Assembly (NCBI RefSeq): GCF_006345805.1
Contig: NC_043001.1
Span: 31,558,001-31,622,000 of the forward strand
Direction of reading: 5' to 3'
Origin: Octopus sinensis
Lineage: Eukaryota
DNA length: 64,000 nucleotides
The position numbers and the translations under genes were made by a program. Below the pieces are notes generated by a model. It was given only the letters and a program-made list of their open reading frames with translations, was not told the DNA's origin and did no database searches. This document shows positions 1 to 11,959 of this stretch, one piece after another; the stretch's first letter is position 1; each line of letters opens with the position of its first letter.

Positions 1-127
1 AAAAAGAAAATGACTCTCCCCAGACACAACAGAATTTGATGTTAATGTTTGTGAGAAAGGCAGGAATTGTATGTACAGTACCCCTTTTTATCTGTTCTAT
101 CACAAATCAGTTAAAAATGTTCAAGTC

Positions 128-292
128 ATCATTGTCATACATCTATCCATCTTCTGTATTGACAGAAGCTGGCAAACCAGAGAATTGCACCAAACTCTAT
201 TGTCTTGTTTTGGCATGATTTTTACAGCCGGATGCCTTTCCTAAGGCCAACCTCTTTACAGAATGAACTGGGTGTTTTTTATGTGACACCTA
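128..292 (-). mobile_element. SINE 3' portion (my family D, RTE-type tail), reverse copy
   Basis: Reverse-complement similarity to 350-532, 47160-47305 and 59580-59785 (ggatgcc-t-tcctaa-gccaacc-ctttacaga block). Confidence 0.7.
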
Positions 293-349
293 ACAAATAT
301 ATAAATGTTTTATGTACTTGATTGTATTAATTAAAGCTTATACGATGAT

Positions 350-532
350 GGCGCCATGTAAAAACCACCCAGTACACTCTGTAAAGTGGCTGGCATTAGA
401 AAGGGCATCCAGCTATAGAAACCAAGCCAAAAACAGACTATGAAACCTAGTGCAGCCACTGGCCTTGCTAGTTCCTGTCAAGCTGTCCAACCCATGCCAG
501 CATGGAAAAATGGACGTTAAATGTTGATATGA
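350..532 (+). mobile_element. SINE 3' portion (family D, RTE-type tail)
   Basis: cagtacactctgtaaagtggctggcattagaaagggcatccagct...gtccaacccatgccagcatggaa; the same block recurs at ~47160 and ~59620. Confidence 0.8.
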
Positions 533-740
533 ACAAATGAGGGAGCTGCTACATTTCTACATAAGAAATCAATATTCATAATTGGTAGAAGAGATAGAGT
601 ACAGGATTAAATGCATTGTTCTAAGTGTTTGTATCACTTATCAATGCTCTGGAATTAATAAAAAGTGTAACATTAATAAACTGAGGCTGATTCACATGAT
701 TATGCCACTCTTTTGTTTTTAACATAATAAAATAAAAATA

Positions 741-972
741 AGTGCGCCTTTTTAAAGCCTAGCCAGGCTCACGGGCCCGCTTTCCTTGTTTCAATGGCAT
801 ATGTGTTCACCCGCTGGATGGGACACCAGTCCATCACAGCGTTACTCATTTTTGCCAACATGAAATAAAGTGCTTTGCTCAAGAACACAACGCGTCGCCC
901 GGTCCAGGAATCGAAACCACAATCTTACATTCATGATGCTGACACGCTAACCACTAAGCCACGTGCCTCCAC
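741..972 (-). mobile_element. tRNA-headed SINE (family A) with 13-bp TSD
   Basis: Minus strand starts gtggaggcacgtggcttagtggttagcg (A box) ... ggtttcgattcc (B box); ttttaacataata repeated at 717-729 and 973-985; homologous to 25212-25451 and 53054-53324. Confidence 0.85.
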
Positions 973-1000
973 TTTTAACATAATATCTATTATTATTATT

Positions 1001-1795
1001 AAGGTGGCAAGCTGGCAGAGTCATAAGCACACTAGACAAACTATTGGGTTGTCCAGAAAGTTCGTGCCGATTTATAGTAGCTTACCTTTCAACTTATTTT
1101 AGAACATGGTTGAGTCCATAAAATAAGATTTGACTACACCTCCATTTAGAGCACAGTTTAAGCTATCTTTTCGTGGAAGAAGGTTTATGTTCCTTATAAC
1201 CTGTGTTAATTCTGTAACCCTTTAAAATGGAAGATAAGAAAGTTCATTTTCGGCACTTGAGGCTTTGGGAACCAGACAAAAATTGCTGCAGCTCGGCTGG
1301 GATGTGTTACCCAACCCTCCATATTCACCAGATATTGCTCCTTCGGATTTTCACTTATTCAGGTCTCTGCAGAATAGTCGTAATGGTAAAAATTTTAATT
1401 CCTTGGATACGTAAAAAGACACCTTGATGAATTCTTTGCCATGAAACCACCTCAATCCTGGGAAGAGGGTATTTTCAAGTTAAAGGAAAGATAGAGACAC
1501 ATTGTGCAACAAAATGATTCATATTTGGTTGATTAAAAATGCAACGGCAAGTATTTATTGACCTTTTTCTTTCCTTTAAAAATCGGCATGAACTTTCCAG
1601 ACAACCTAATACTTAGCAGCATTTCATCTGTCTTTATGTACTGAGTTCAATTTCTGCTGAGGTTACCTTTGCCTTTCATCCACTTAGGGTCAATAAAATA
1701 AGTACAGGTTGAGCACTGGGGTTAAAAGCAATAGACTAACCTTTTCCCACCAAATTTTAGGCCGTGTGCCTAGAGTAGAAAGGATTATTATTATT
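1001..1795 (+). mobile_element. SINE (family B) split by a mariner insertion
   Basis: Head aaggtggcaagctggcaga at ~1001; body resumes at 1612 and ends gcctagagtagaaaggattatt; same family as 19232-19676 and 28780-29005. Confidence 0.8.
1042..1611 (+). mobile_element. Internally deleted mariner (DD34D, mellifera-subfamily-like) transposon with TA TSD
   Basis: ~30-bp TIRs ttgggttgtccagaaagttcgtgccgattt / aaatcggcatgaactttccagacaacctaa flanked by TA. N-terminal MEDKKVHFRHL (1227) is fused to a C-terminal LGTRQKLLQLGWDVLPNPPYSPDIAPSDFHLFRSLQNS containing the mariner YSPDLAP motif. Confidence 0.93.
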
Positions 1796-1798
1796 ATT

Positions 1799-1975
1799 AA
1801 GGGAGCAAGCTGGCAGAATCATTAGCGCAGAGGACAAAATGCTTTGCAGCTTTTCTTTTGGCTTTGCGTTCTGAGTTCAAATGTAGCCAAGGTTGAATTT
1901 GTCTTTTATTCTTTCAGTGTTGATAAAATAAGTACGAGTTGAGCCTTGGGGTTGATGTAATCAACTAGACCCCGT
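1799..1975 (+). mobile_element. SINE (family B), second tandem copy, 3' end cut by a LINE insertion
   Basis: gagcaagctggcagaatcattagc...gataaaataagtac...ggggttgatgtaatcaactag directly after the (att)n tail of the first copy. Confidence 0.8.
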
Positions 1976-1976
1976 C

Positions 1977-2265
1977 TCATCATCATCATTGTTTGACTGT
2001 GGTCGAGACAATGGAATTTACCATGCTATGCCAGAATTCACGGTCCATCATGGCATTACGGAGGTCTTGTTGCTGGATGCTTGTATCCCTGGAGATTACA
2101 TCAGGGTAGGAGAGTGTGTGCCCTCTGGTATTGCGAGTAGATGGCTTCCAGAGGAGAAGAGTAGAAATGACTTCTTTTTCAGCTCTACAACAATGTCCAG
2201 CAAACTGGACTCTCCTACCTTTCACAAGAGATGACACAGGTGGTAGTTTCCCATATATTTTCACC
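1977..2265 (-). mobile_element. 5'-truncated RTE/RTE-X LINE 3' end
   Basis: Open frame IYGKLPPVSSLVKGRRVQFAGHCCRAEKEVISTLLLWKP...SYPDVISRDTSIQQQDLRNAMMDREFW, typical RTE-clade ORF2 C-terminus, followed by a (tga)n tail. Confidence 0.85.
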
Positions 2266-2716
2266 CTCTAGTTGATTACAGGCTTTGTGTAGACAGATTA
2301 TTATTTCATTTTTTGTTTTTCAGCTTTGAGGTTGATTTGGGGTGGAGGACCCAAGTACTTAAACTAGTAGGACTCAAGAAATTGGTTTCACATCTTACAT
2401 AAAATGAAAACCAAGGACACACCTGAATGTTCTGAAACATGAATTTGGCTACAACAATTAAACAAAGAAGCTGTTTAAATCGTTTGCCTTTTAATTGAGG
2501 AAAAGCAAACAGATTCTGTAAGAAGTGTAAGTATGAAACTAAATACCTATTTAAAGTTTACTGACCAACTAACCAATTACCGTCAGTTTTATTCCATCAG
2601 TGCACGAGTTGATATTTAATTTAGCACTGGCTGCACTTCTCTACCACAAGTTTCTACAACAGCAGTACAGCTGTTGGAATGTTGGTGGGGGACTGCAACA
2701 GATACCTTCTGAGTTC

Positions 2717-2718
<2 letters not shown>

Positions 2719-2790
<72 letters not shown>
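2719..2790. repeat. (GA)n microsatellite, ~36 units
   Basis: Direct reading; explains the ERERE ORFs. Confidence 0.98.
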
Positions 2791-2794
<4 letters not shown>

Positions 2795-5700
2795 GAGAAA
2801 GAGAGAGAGTATGTATCCTGTTTTGTTTTGTTTTTTAAACAGAACAGAAAAACACAGTTTAGTATTCCTAGAAAGTGTTAAAGAAACTAAAACTTTCCTT
2901 TTATTTATTTATTTATTGATTTGTTTACTTCTTCACTGTCAGCAACCATGAAAATTGCTAAGAACTCTCGATCTAACCAAAAGTTATAAAAATATGTCAA
3001 CTATTCAGACCTAATGCATCAGTAAATAACTTAGCAGCTACATAGTAAGAGGAGTATAAATAGAAAGTGTCTCAGCACATACCAGAAGGGAAAATTTCAC
3101 TAAAGAAGAAGGATGGTGATGATGATGATGATGATATAATACAAATGTTTAGCAAGTGTGGATGAATGGAATATGACACAAGGCTGGTGGTAGAAGCAGA
3201 ACAGTTTGAGACTGGCTTTCGCTAACTAGGCTATTTACAAAAATTCCTGGTTCTCTAGGCATTTCTACATTACATATTGATAACTTCAATAAAGCAAAAT
3301 TCATGAGGAATTCGAAGTAAAGACAAGTGTAATACTGCTAGAAGTATATTGCCAACAAATGCTGAAAAGCAAAAGATTTTGTGGAGAAACATTTTTAAAG
3401 AAGTTATTTCTGAATGCTTTGAAACAAGATCTACTGCCAATCAAGAACAGATTTCCAGTTATGATTCATAAAAGGCAACCTGTAAGTTAAAAAAATTAGA
3501 AGTTGGATATTACATTCATTTCAAAATGATTCATAATATAAGAAATAAGTAAGATTATGAATGAAAGTTATTAAGTGGGAGTCCATCTTATCTTTTGGTT
3601 AGCAAACAAAAAAAAAAAAAAAAAGGAGGACTACAGCTATGCTGAAAATAATCTTCAGTTTGTGTGCATGCAACACGATGCTTAATAAACTAATGTAAAT
3701 GAAATATAAATATGACGAAGAGAAGAAATGTGATAAGATTTCTAAATTACTCCAAAAACCAGGAAATATGCTTTATAAGAATCATATAAGAAAAAAAAGA
3801 AAAGAAAAAGAGTAAAAGAAAAATAGTTTTAAATGTTGTATCTCAGAAATAAATGGAAATGGATATGAAATCAGTTGCAGGTTTACTCAATGTCACATTT
3901 TTAAGAATCATCAGGTTCAAGTTCTTCATTGTGATTGGAGAAAGGGGACAGGAACTTTGGAAAATGATAAAAAAAAAGTCTATATCATATTCATCATCTT
4001 CACACTGAATTTTATGTCAACAAAGTTTACTTTTGCATGTTAGCATATACCTTTTTATATTTGTAAAATTTAAGCAATGGTGGGGGACACTTGTGCTTAA
4101 TGTACCTTGCAATGGGATGAAACAGAGCCATGTGACTGGAACTGATCCACTGATAATGTGTCATATCGAGGTCCACTTAGAGAAGCAGTGGGTACTTATC
4201 TTTCAGTAAACTCCAACTATGTTTGTAGAAACTCAGAGATAAATATGGGTTTATGTAAGGCCAATAATTCTACCTAGAAAAAAATTAAAGTTACAGAAGC
4301 ATCAGTAACAATCCAAAACTGACGACACCAGGAAGAATAAGGCTTCCTCTCAGGGGAACGTATAGGATATTGAGGCAGAGCTAAAAAGTCAGGGATCCAA
4401 GTAGAGAGAAATAGAGAAGACAGCCCAGAGTCAAGAACAAGAAAATTGATGACCTATGCTCCTTTGGGAGCAAAGGGCTTAAGCATGTACATAGAAAACA
4501 ATTTTGTAAATATGGAAGCAGATTTAGGTATGGTAGCGAGTAAACCATATCTACTCTCAAGTAACAATCTCATAATGAAATAACTGACAATGGAAAAGGA
4601 GTCCAGCCATATCAGACATACTGTTGTAACGAATTATGCAATTATTCAAATTTGCAGAATCTTACAAATATTATGGCAAACAATCTCAAAGAAAATCTTA
4701 GAATTAGGAACAAAATTCCATTAACCTTTACACCATTTCTCTTAATCCTTGATTATTATGCTGACAACTAACTTTATCTCTAAGATTAAATACATTCCTT
4801 AAGTATCTGAATCCTAAGTTAATCCAGTATAGCTAGGGTAATCAAAGTTATTTTCTTTGATTTGTACCTCTAAGTAATTTTAGCCCTGGCTTCTGATTAG
4901 CATTGTTCCCATAGCTATATTTACCTTTAGGTCTTACAGCTCGAGGCTTTCAAACTTACTTTGTTGTATTCCATTGACAGTAAATATGAACTGATCATTA
5001 ATCTTGAAAAGTTCTTACAGGCATCCGTTACTGAACATCTTTGTGGAAGTTTCAAAGTTCTGGCTAAAGCTAGGTAGATACCTTGGCTGTAGATTACATC
5101 TAAAGCACTTACTCTGCTTATTGTTAATTTTCATGGTGATTATTTATTTCCCTCTTGCATAAGCTAAGCAATTCACAAAAGTTATTTATTCACACTTAGC
5201 AATTGAATGTCTAACGGACAACAACAGTACCATCAAAATTATGGTACAAACTCTAAACTGCATTTTGTCTGAGCCAATTCTATCATGCATGAGCCTGGGT
5301 AGGACTCGTGTCAACATAAACTGTTAGTTTGTAAACCCTATAATAAGTTCATCTGAAATATATTTACTGTTAAGCCACATTATTTTAGACCATATTTTTT
5401 AAACAGAAAATAAAACAGACATTCAATGAGGGGGAAAAAAACCCCCACTTCAAAACAAATATTGGCTTGGTGTTACACATTTTGGAATTTGGTTAATATA
5501 CTAAATTCTTATCAATAGTTGCAGCGTTGATTTGCAAAAACAAATCAATTGATCTCAGAGCATTCCGTTTTTTTTTTTTTTTGGTAATGCATTCTAATAA
5601 AATTATTTGTCCATTAAAGAGGCACACTAGCAATTTTTACTTTTTTTCATTTTCATCAAGTTTCAGCTCACGAGCTGTGGCCATGCTGGAGCACATTTTC

Positions 5701-7473
5701 TATGTAAGATACAAAAAAAAAAAACAACAAAACAATTCTGATGGCTTTGCACAGAAAATAATTTCTCTGGGTGTCATATTTCTCATAACTCATAATACCA
5801 AAATTAATTTTTATGCTTAATGGAATATGAAAACTGGGTGCTTATATTACATATAACTTATATTACATAGTACATATATTACATATAACAGCTCAATGTT
5901 CCTCCATACAGAGAGTTTCAACTTAAAATGGGTGTATTTTAATTATTATCATCCATAGTCAAGACATCCACCACACAAAGGAAGCATTTAAAGACTTATA
6001 GTTAATTCACTCAGTCAATTTTGTGGGTCTCTAGACTGTGTTTTTATACTTCATGGCAGATAAACCAAATATTTCTACAAGCTCAAAAGAATACACTTAA
6101 ATGGCTTCATTAGAATATTAAGGGATAAGAATTTGTTACAACACTTAACTATTTCTAATTAAAATATCAAATGATATTTTGCAAATGAAAATTTGAAATA
6201 TTATCCTAAATATCTTGACAGCAGAGTTACACAATAAATTAGTTCAAAAATAAACAAGCTTTGTGTGACAAAGGATGCTTATATGCACAAAGCTTCAACA
6301 GTATCAGTTGAACACTGCTCTCCTTTATGTCCAAACAAATACTCATCAACTGAAAGGCTGAAAATCCATTTTGGATAAATGCACAAGAGTGGAGCTACTG
6401 TTGGTGTGCTTCTTGATCAAGTTATGTACCACATTTGTTGCAAAAAATGTGAAGAAAATCATGGCTGAATAATTAGTTGTTTGAGGGCCTATGGAATAAA
6501 AACTATCAAACCTCATTGCAAACATGTTTGCAATGAGAAATCATGTAGATGCCCAACAAATAGATGTATAAGGATTTGTAAAGCCAGTGATCAGACTGGT
6601 CAGGATTTGAAAGAGGTTTGGTAAATGTTTTCCATTTGGACGATTTAAACATTTTTTAACCCCCCCCCCTGCAAATTTTCAAGTATCCTACATGGAAAGG
6701 AATGTACCTAGAACACAAAATACAGAATATGATTTCTAAAACTGGTTCCAAATGTGAACTGAGACCCAAACAAACTGGGGTGTGCTTAAAAAAGTGTTTA
6801 TTTTGCGTTGGTTACAAATGGTAGGCTAGAATTAGTTGAACAAAAGTTCTGAACCAAGATTTAATGACCATAGCAATTTCAGCTGAGATAGATTTTGATT
6901 CACTAGAGTAGACAGGCATAAACTGAGGAACTGGAGGCTGATATCATTCAAATGCTTATTGGAGATAAAATAAAAATATGAACTATCTATTTTTTTTACA
7001 TAATGATTTTCTGACTTTGGCACAAGACCACATTATTTTTGACTGGTACCATATTTTATTGACCCAAGCATTTTGTTAGATACTCTAGTGTATTTTGTCA
7101 AATACTCTACTGATTGTCACTCCGCTGGCTTTTATCTCATATAAATGTTGAGAAACAGCTGCTACACAAACGATAGGAGCACTAAATAAAAAATTATTTG
7201 ATAAGTCTAGGAAGAAAAAGAAAAGTAAAATTAAACTAGTAAAAGCATGGTGCTTTCATTGCTAAACAGAGAGTATTCATCTTGCTAAAATTAATATATG
7301 CTGCAACTGTGAAGTTAGACTACAATGTTAGCAGCCAGGTGGACTGAGGTAAAGTGGTATAATGTTCCTGGCCAAAGGACAGTGCTAACTAATGTTTTGA
7401 ATTCTTGACTGTACGGTCAATAATCCAGCACTTCAGATTCATAGAGAAATACACTGACCGCATGAATAAATCA

Positions 7474-7830
7474 ATATACAGAAGAGGCATGACTGTGTGG
7501 TTAAGAAGCTCACTTTGCAGTTAGGTGGTTTCAGGTTCAGTTCTACTCCATGCATTCCTTGAGCAAATGTCTTTACTACAGCCCTGGGATGTTCAATACG
7601 CCATGAATATTTGGTAGACAAAGACTGTGCTGAAGCCCTGCTTTTGTTACCTGCCACTACGACTTGACAACCAATGTTGGCTTGTTTAAATCCATGTAAC
7701 TTAGCAGTTTGACAAGAGACTGATAGAATAAGGATCTTACTTACAAACATAGGTACAGGGGTCAATTTTTTCAACTAAGGCCTTTCAAGGTGGTTCCCCA
7801 TCATGGCCACAGTCTAATGACTTAAGCAAA
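7474..7830 (+). mobile_element. tRNA-headed SINE (family C), old copy
   Basis: ggcatgactgtgtggttaagaagct...cttgagcaaatgtct...gatagaataag...ggggtcaat...catggccacagtctaatgac. Confidence 0.75.
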
Positions 7831-8207
7831 TAGCAGGAGTGGCTGTGTGGTAAGTAGCTTGCTTACCAACCACATGGTTCCGGGTTCAGTCCCACTGCAT
7901 GGCATCTTGGGCAAGTGTCTACTGCTATAGCTCCGGGCCGACCAATGCCTTGTGAGTGGATTTTGTAGACAGAAACTGAAAGAAGCCTGTCGTATATATA
8001 TGTGTGTATGTGTGTGTTTGTCCCCCTAGCATTGCTTAACAACTGATGCTGGTGTGTTTACGTCCCCGTCAGTGGTTCGGCAAAAGAGACCGATAGAATA
8101 AGTACTGGGCTTACAAAGAATAAGTCCCGGGGTCAATTTGCTCGACTAAAGGCGGTGCTCCAGCATGGCCGCAGTCAAATGACTGAAACAAGTAAAAGAG
8201 TAAGAGT
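7831..8207 (+). mobile_element. tRNA-headed SINE (family C), younger copy abutting the previous one
   Basis: gcaggagtggctgtgtggtaagtagc...ggcggtgctccagcatggccgcagtcaaatgactgaaacaagtaaaagagt; very similar to 51625-51962. Confidence 0.88.
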
Positions 8208-10046
8208 ATAGCTATCTCTGCATCTTTTCAAAGACTTTGTCAAGAGGAAAGGCAGCACCCACAACTCTTTTCACAGCGTCTGAAACTAGTGAGAGGAAAG
8301 AGAGGAACCCTAACCTTAGACAAGAAGCATCTAAAGCCAGATCTAGCCAACTCCTAAATCATGTTTTTAAAGCTCATCTCTACCCTGTTTGCTTTCTACT
8401 ACAATGTCATGCTGCTTGATCATCTAGCAAACATCATTTATTTACATTACATGTTCACACAAGCACAAACACCAAGTTCTGCAGCCAGCAGCCAATACCC
8501 AATTGTGTTCCCAACTCATTTGCACAAGTTCTGTTTGTCATGCAACAGATGAGAATTCTTTTCTTTGATTCTGCTGACCAAATTTAACTGCTATGCATCA
8601 TCACACTTTCAACATATGCATCATATATATATATATATGTAGTCTGAAAATATATTCTGTTCTGCCATTCAGAATGATAGCAGCAGTTTTCTACTTCTAT
8701 ACAGTGTTAAAATCTCTTTTCTGGCATTGCAAAACACTTCGCTATCACCGGTCTAGTTTACCTACCTATAAATAGGACTCGAAGGACAGAAATGACACAC
8801 ATCAGAACTCCTTAATAATCATATATACCACACATATATATCTGTATCTGTGTGTGTGTTTATATGACAGTGTAAAATAGGGAGCAATTTTTCTTTCAAA
8901 CGTGTTATAAAGACAGGCTCTTTTTCATTATGGATTTTCAGGAAGCAAGAAAATGAAAAGGGGGATGAAGACTGAAAAGATGAAGAGAAAGAAATAGAGG
9001 GAAAGAGGAAATATGAAAGAAAGAATAACAAGTGGTCATCTGATCTTTATGTTTAAGGTAAACTCTCTCCAAGTTATGCACCAAAGTCATTGATTGTTAT
9101 TCTACTAGAAGCAAACAAGTTCAGACATGGTTGTAGGGTTTAGAATTAGCAAGACTTGTCAAAACTCCTTTGCATTAATGAGTTGTTAATGAGAAATTGT
9201 AATCACCTAGTAGTTCTCTTTTAATTTAGTGACCCAACTACACATTTCAGGTTCATTTATCATAAAATATCATTTATATATCAGTGAATCTCTTCCACCA
9301 AAAAGGAGATAAACCAGACCATTTTGAAGGGATAGGAGTTAATTGTTCCTGTTAAATAGTTCATATTGCAAGTAAACTTTCTTCAGTAGAAAAGTAGAGT
9401 GCTATCATAGTAAATTTGGTGAGCATGATAGCGTTTAATCAATCAAGATGAGATCTGTATAACCAGAGGTAAACATTGAACAATGCATAAATTAATGAAA
9501 AGGCAAGGTTAGTTGACACAGACGTCCTAATCGGTTAAAACTAGAAATATCTAATGTAGGAGAAAGAACAACCTTTTCAGAAATGGAAGTAGTGGTGCTA
9601 AACTCGAGCAAATAAACTTTGAGTTTCTATATTGTTGTGAAATAGTTAATACAGTTTGCAAATTTGAACAGTCTCCATATGCCATGGGGAGACTCGTATT
9701 ATGATATAAACTTACTCAATTTGATTAATTTGATTCTTCTCACTGCAAGCCACAAGTTTCCTCAGAGCCTAGTTTTTATTTGTTGGTGTAAATGCAGTCT
9801 AAAAGCCTTGTTTGGAGGATTACACATGCATCTGCATATATAGTTGCTATTATGTTAAACTGTCGTATGTCCAAATTTAGCTAAATGCGTTTTTCTTTAA
9901 TTAATATTTAATTTTGTTAGCATTAGCCGGTTCTTTTGGTCAAACTATCGTATCTCCAGCTGCTTCAGATGAAAATTGTCAAAGTGTAGTACAACAACAG
10001 TTCAGCATTTTTCAAAAGTGTAGTAAGCCTCACATACAACAGTTTT

Positions 10047-11120
10047 TCAAAAATATTTCTGACTGTAGATACCATACATGCATGGAATTACGATTTTATG
10101 AACCCAACAAAGTATCATTGTTAAGCTGAAACTGTTGTTAATGTAAAAAGAAATGGAATGGTGAAATTATTTTTTCGTTTTCTGAAAAAAAGCAATGTTT
10201 ACGACACTTTTGCATAACAGCAACGATATGAAAAAGCAAATCTCATAGCCAGGTAACTGTAATTCTAAAATGACGAAACAGACAGAAATAAAGTAGCTAA
10301 GAAAAGGCAGTATCCATGACCCTTTTCAATGCCTTAAATGTGGTAGGAAGTTGTTCCCAAGACAAGATAGACTTGGGCTCAAATGTGTTAACCAAGGATT
10401 AGACGTTGGTGCCCAACTGGTTGATATATTAATTCTTATTTCTTTATTGCCCACAAGGGGCTAAACATAGAGGGGACAAACAAGGACAGACAAAGACAAA
10501 GGGATTAAGTCGATTACATCGACCCCAGTGCGTAACTGGTACTAAATTTATAGATTAATTCTACCACGCAAGAACAGTCCTTCCGTTCTGTCTACAAACC
10601 TTACATAAAAAAAATTAAAAAATTGGTGGATCCAAGACAATGAAAGATAACAAGTGCTGAAGGTGGCATACAGTGTAGGATCAAACCAAAAATCACATAG
10701 TTGTGAACTTCTAAACCATATACTAATGATGCTTACGTCTACAGTTCTCAAAACTTTGACGTACAATCCAGGTATTGTTGTCCCTTCGGTTAACTTGTCC
10801 TAAATCTAAATGTAAAATAAAACGGTTGCAATTTCATATCGTTTTATTTAGTATTAGGTAATCCAACTTGACCCCCGCACAATATACTATATATACACTT
10901 TTATTGGTTCTAGTCATTGACTGCGACTGAAAGGTTTCAGTTGATCATATCGATCTAGTACTTGTTTTATAAAACAAAAAAAACCCAACAAAGTTACTGT
11001 TGAAATAAAGGAACCTAACTTGGTACCGATACATATAAACAAGAGTATGAACACAGACACATCGACATATTCAGTGCGCTTTCGCACAATTTCGTTCGCT
11101 AGTTTTACGCTTAAAGACAT
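10047..11120 (-). other. Candidate spliced minus-strand transcript (exons 11109-11120+, 10737-10799, 10203-10264, <=10125); lncRNA or 71-aa micropeptide
   Basis: GT-AG sites: agc|gtaaaa, atttag|gac, gac|gtaagc, cattttag|aat, gtc|gtaaac, gtttcag|ctt. The joined frame stays open. No homology recognised. Confidence 0.3.
10430..10550 (-). mobile_element. SINE 3' fragment (family B-like core)
   Basis: gtcgattacatcgaccccagtg...ctggtact is the reverse of the shared SINE core. Confidence 0.7.
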
Positions 11121-11858
11121 TGGTTGTCCTTAGGGCTAGAGTAGGGGACGTTGTCCGAAAGTGCCCACGCAGTGGGGTCGAATAAATAAATAAATAAAAA
11201 CAACGAGACACTGTTGCGATGCGAACTCCTTTCTTAACTACACGTTTATACTCGCAAAACACACACACACATACGTTGAAGTATCAGTTAAAAGTTGTGT
11301 GTTAATGAAATTTCGGAAATATGTGGTGTGTAAGTTATACACCACACACACACGACTCCAAAGATGGATTATTAGTAGACTTTGAAACAAGAGACAAATT
11401 GGTCAAGACTTAGTAGATTTTGTAGGGGAAGGGAAGAGTGAGGGGGGGGGGAAATGTGGAGGAAGATCCGACGTGGAGTCAGGATGTGCACGTGCTGCCT
11501 TTTCTTTGGAATTTCTATAAAAATGCCTAAACTTGGTTGCTTGGTAATGATGACACCAGGAAATTCCCCAAGTTACGAGTCAAAGGGTAAAAACAAAAAA
11601 AGAAAAATTAGAAAGATTGATAGTAGGCCGGAGAAGAGAGAGAGAGAGAGAGAGAAAAAGAGACAATGGAATATAAAGAAGGAGAGAAAAATAACAGAAT
11701 ATGCGAGAATTTTTCAGGTAAGAGAAATACAGCACATGACATGCTTCTTTCCCTCTCTTCTCCTTCGAAGGGCTTTTGAGGCTGGACAAGAAAGATTAGA
11801 TCCTTCGTGTTACATTTAGGTCACATGTTCAAATTGCACTCAAAGAATGCTGGGTGTA

Positions 11859-11959
11859 TGAGTCACAAGACAGCCACCTCTGACCTCGCAGCTCCACCAA
11901 TGGGCTGTCAGTGACGTCAATCAACCTAGCTTGTTGCTGTGTGGAACTGCTAAAAATAG
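11859..11959. promoter_or_regulatory. Cluster of consensus AP-1, CCAAT, CRE and MEF2 sites
   Basis: TGAGTCA 11859-11865, CCAAT 11897-11901, TGACGTCA 11912-11919 and CTAAAAATAG 11950-11959 within 100 bp of a CpG-retaining region; YY1-like CAAAATGGCGG at 12211-12221. Confidence 0.55.

Noticed and set aside
741-972. tRNA genes at SINE heads (also 25212-25451, 41555, 53054)
   Set aside because: A/B boxes are present, but there is no closed cloverleaf or T-run terminator; the sequence continues into a repeat body and is bounded by TSDs
2600-2951. ORFs with ERERE runs
   Set aside because: Translation of a (GA)n microsatellite
5667-5705. Apparent small exon on either strand (SRAVAMLEHIFY / KMCSSMATA)
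   Set aside because: Core gtgctccagcatggccacag is the 3' tail of the family C SINE
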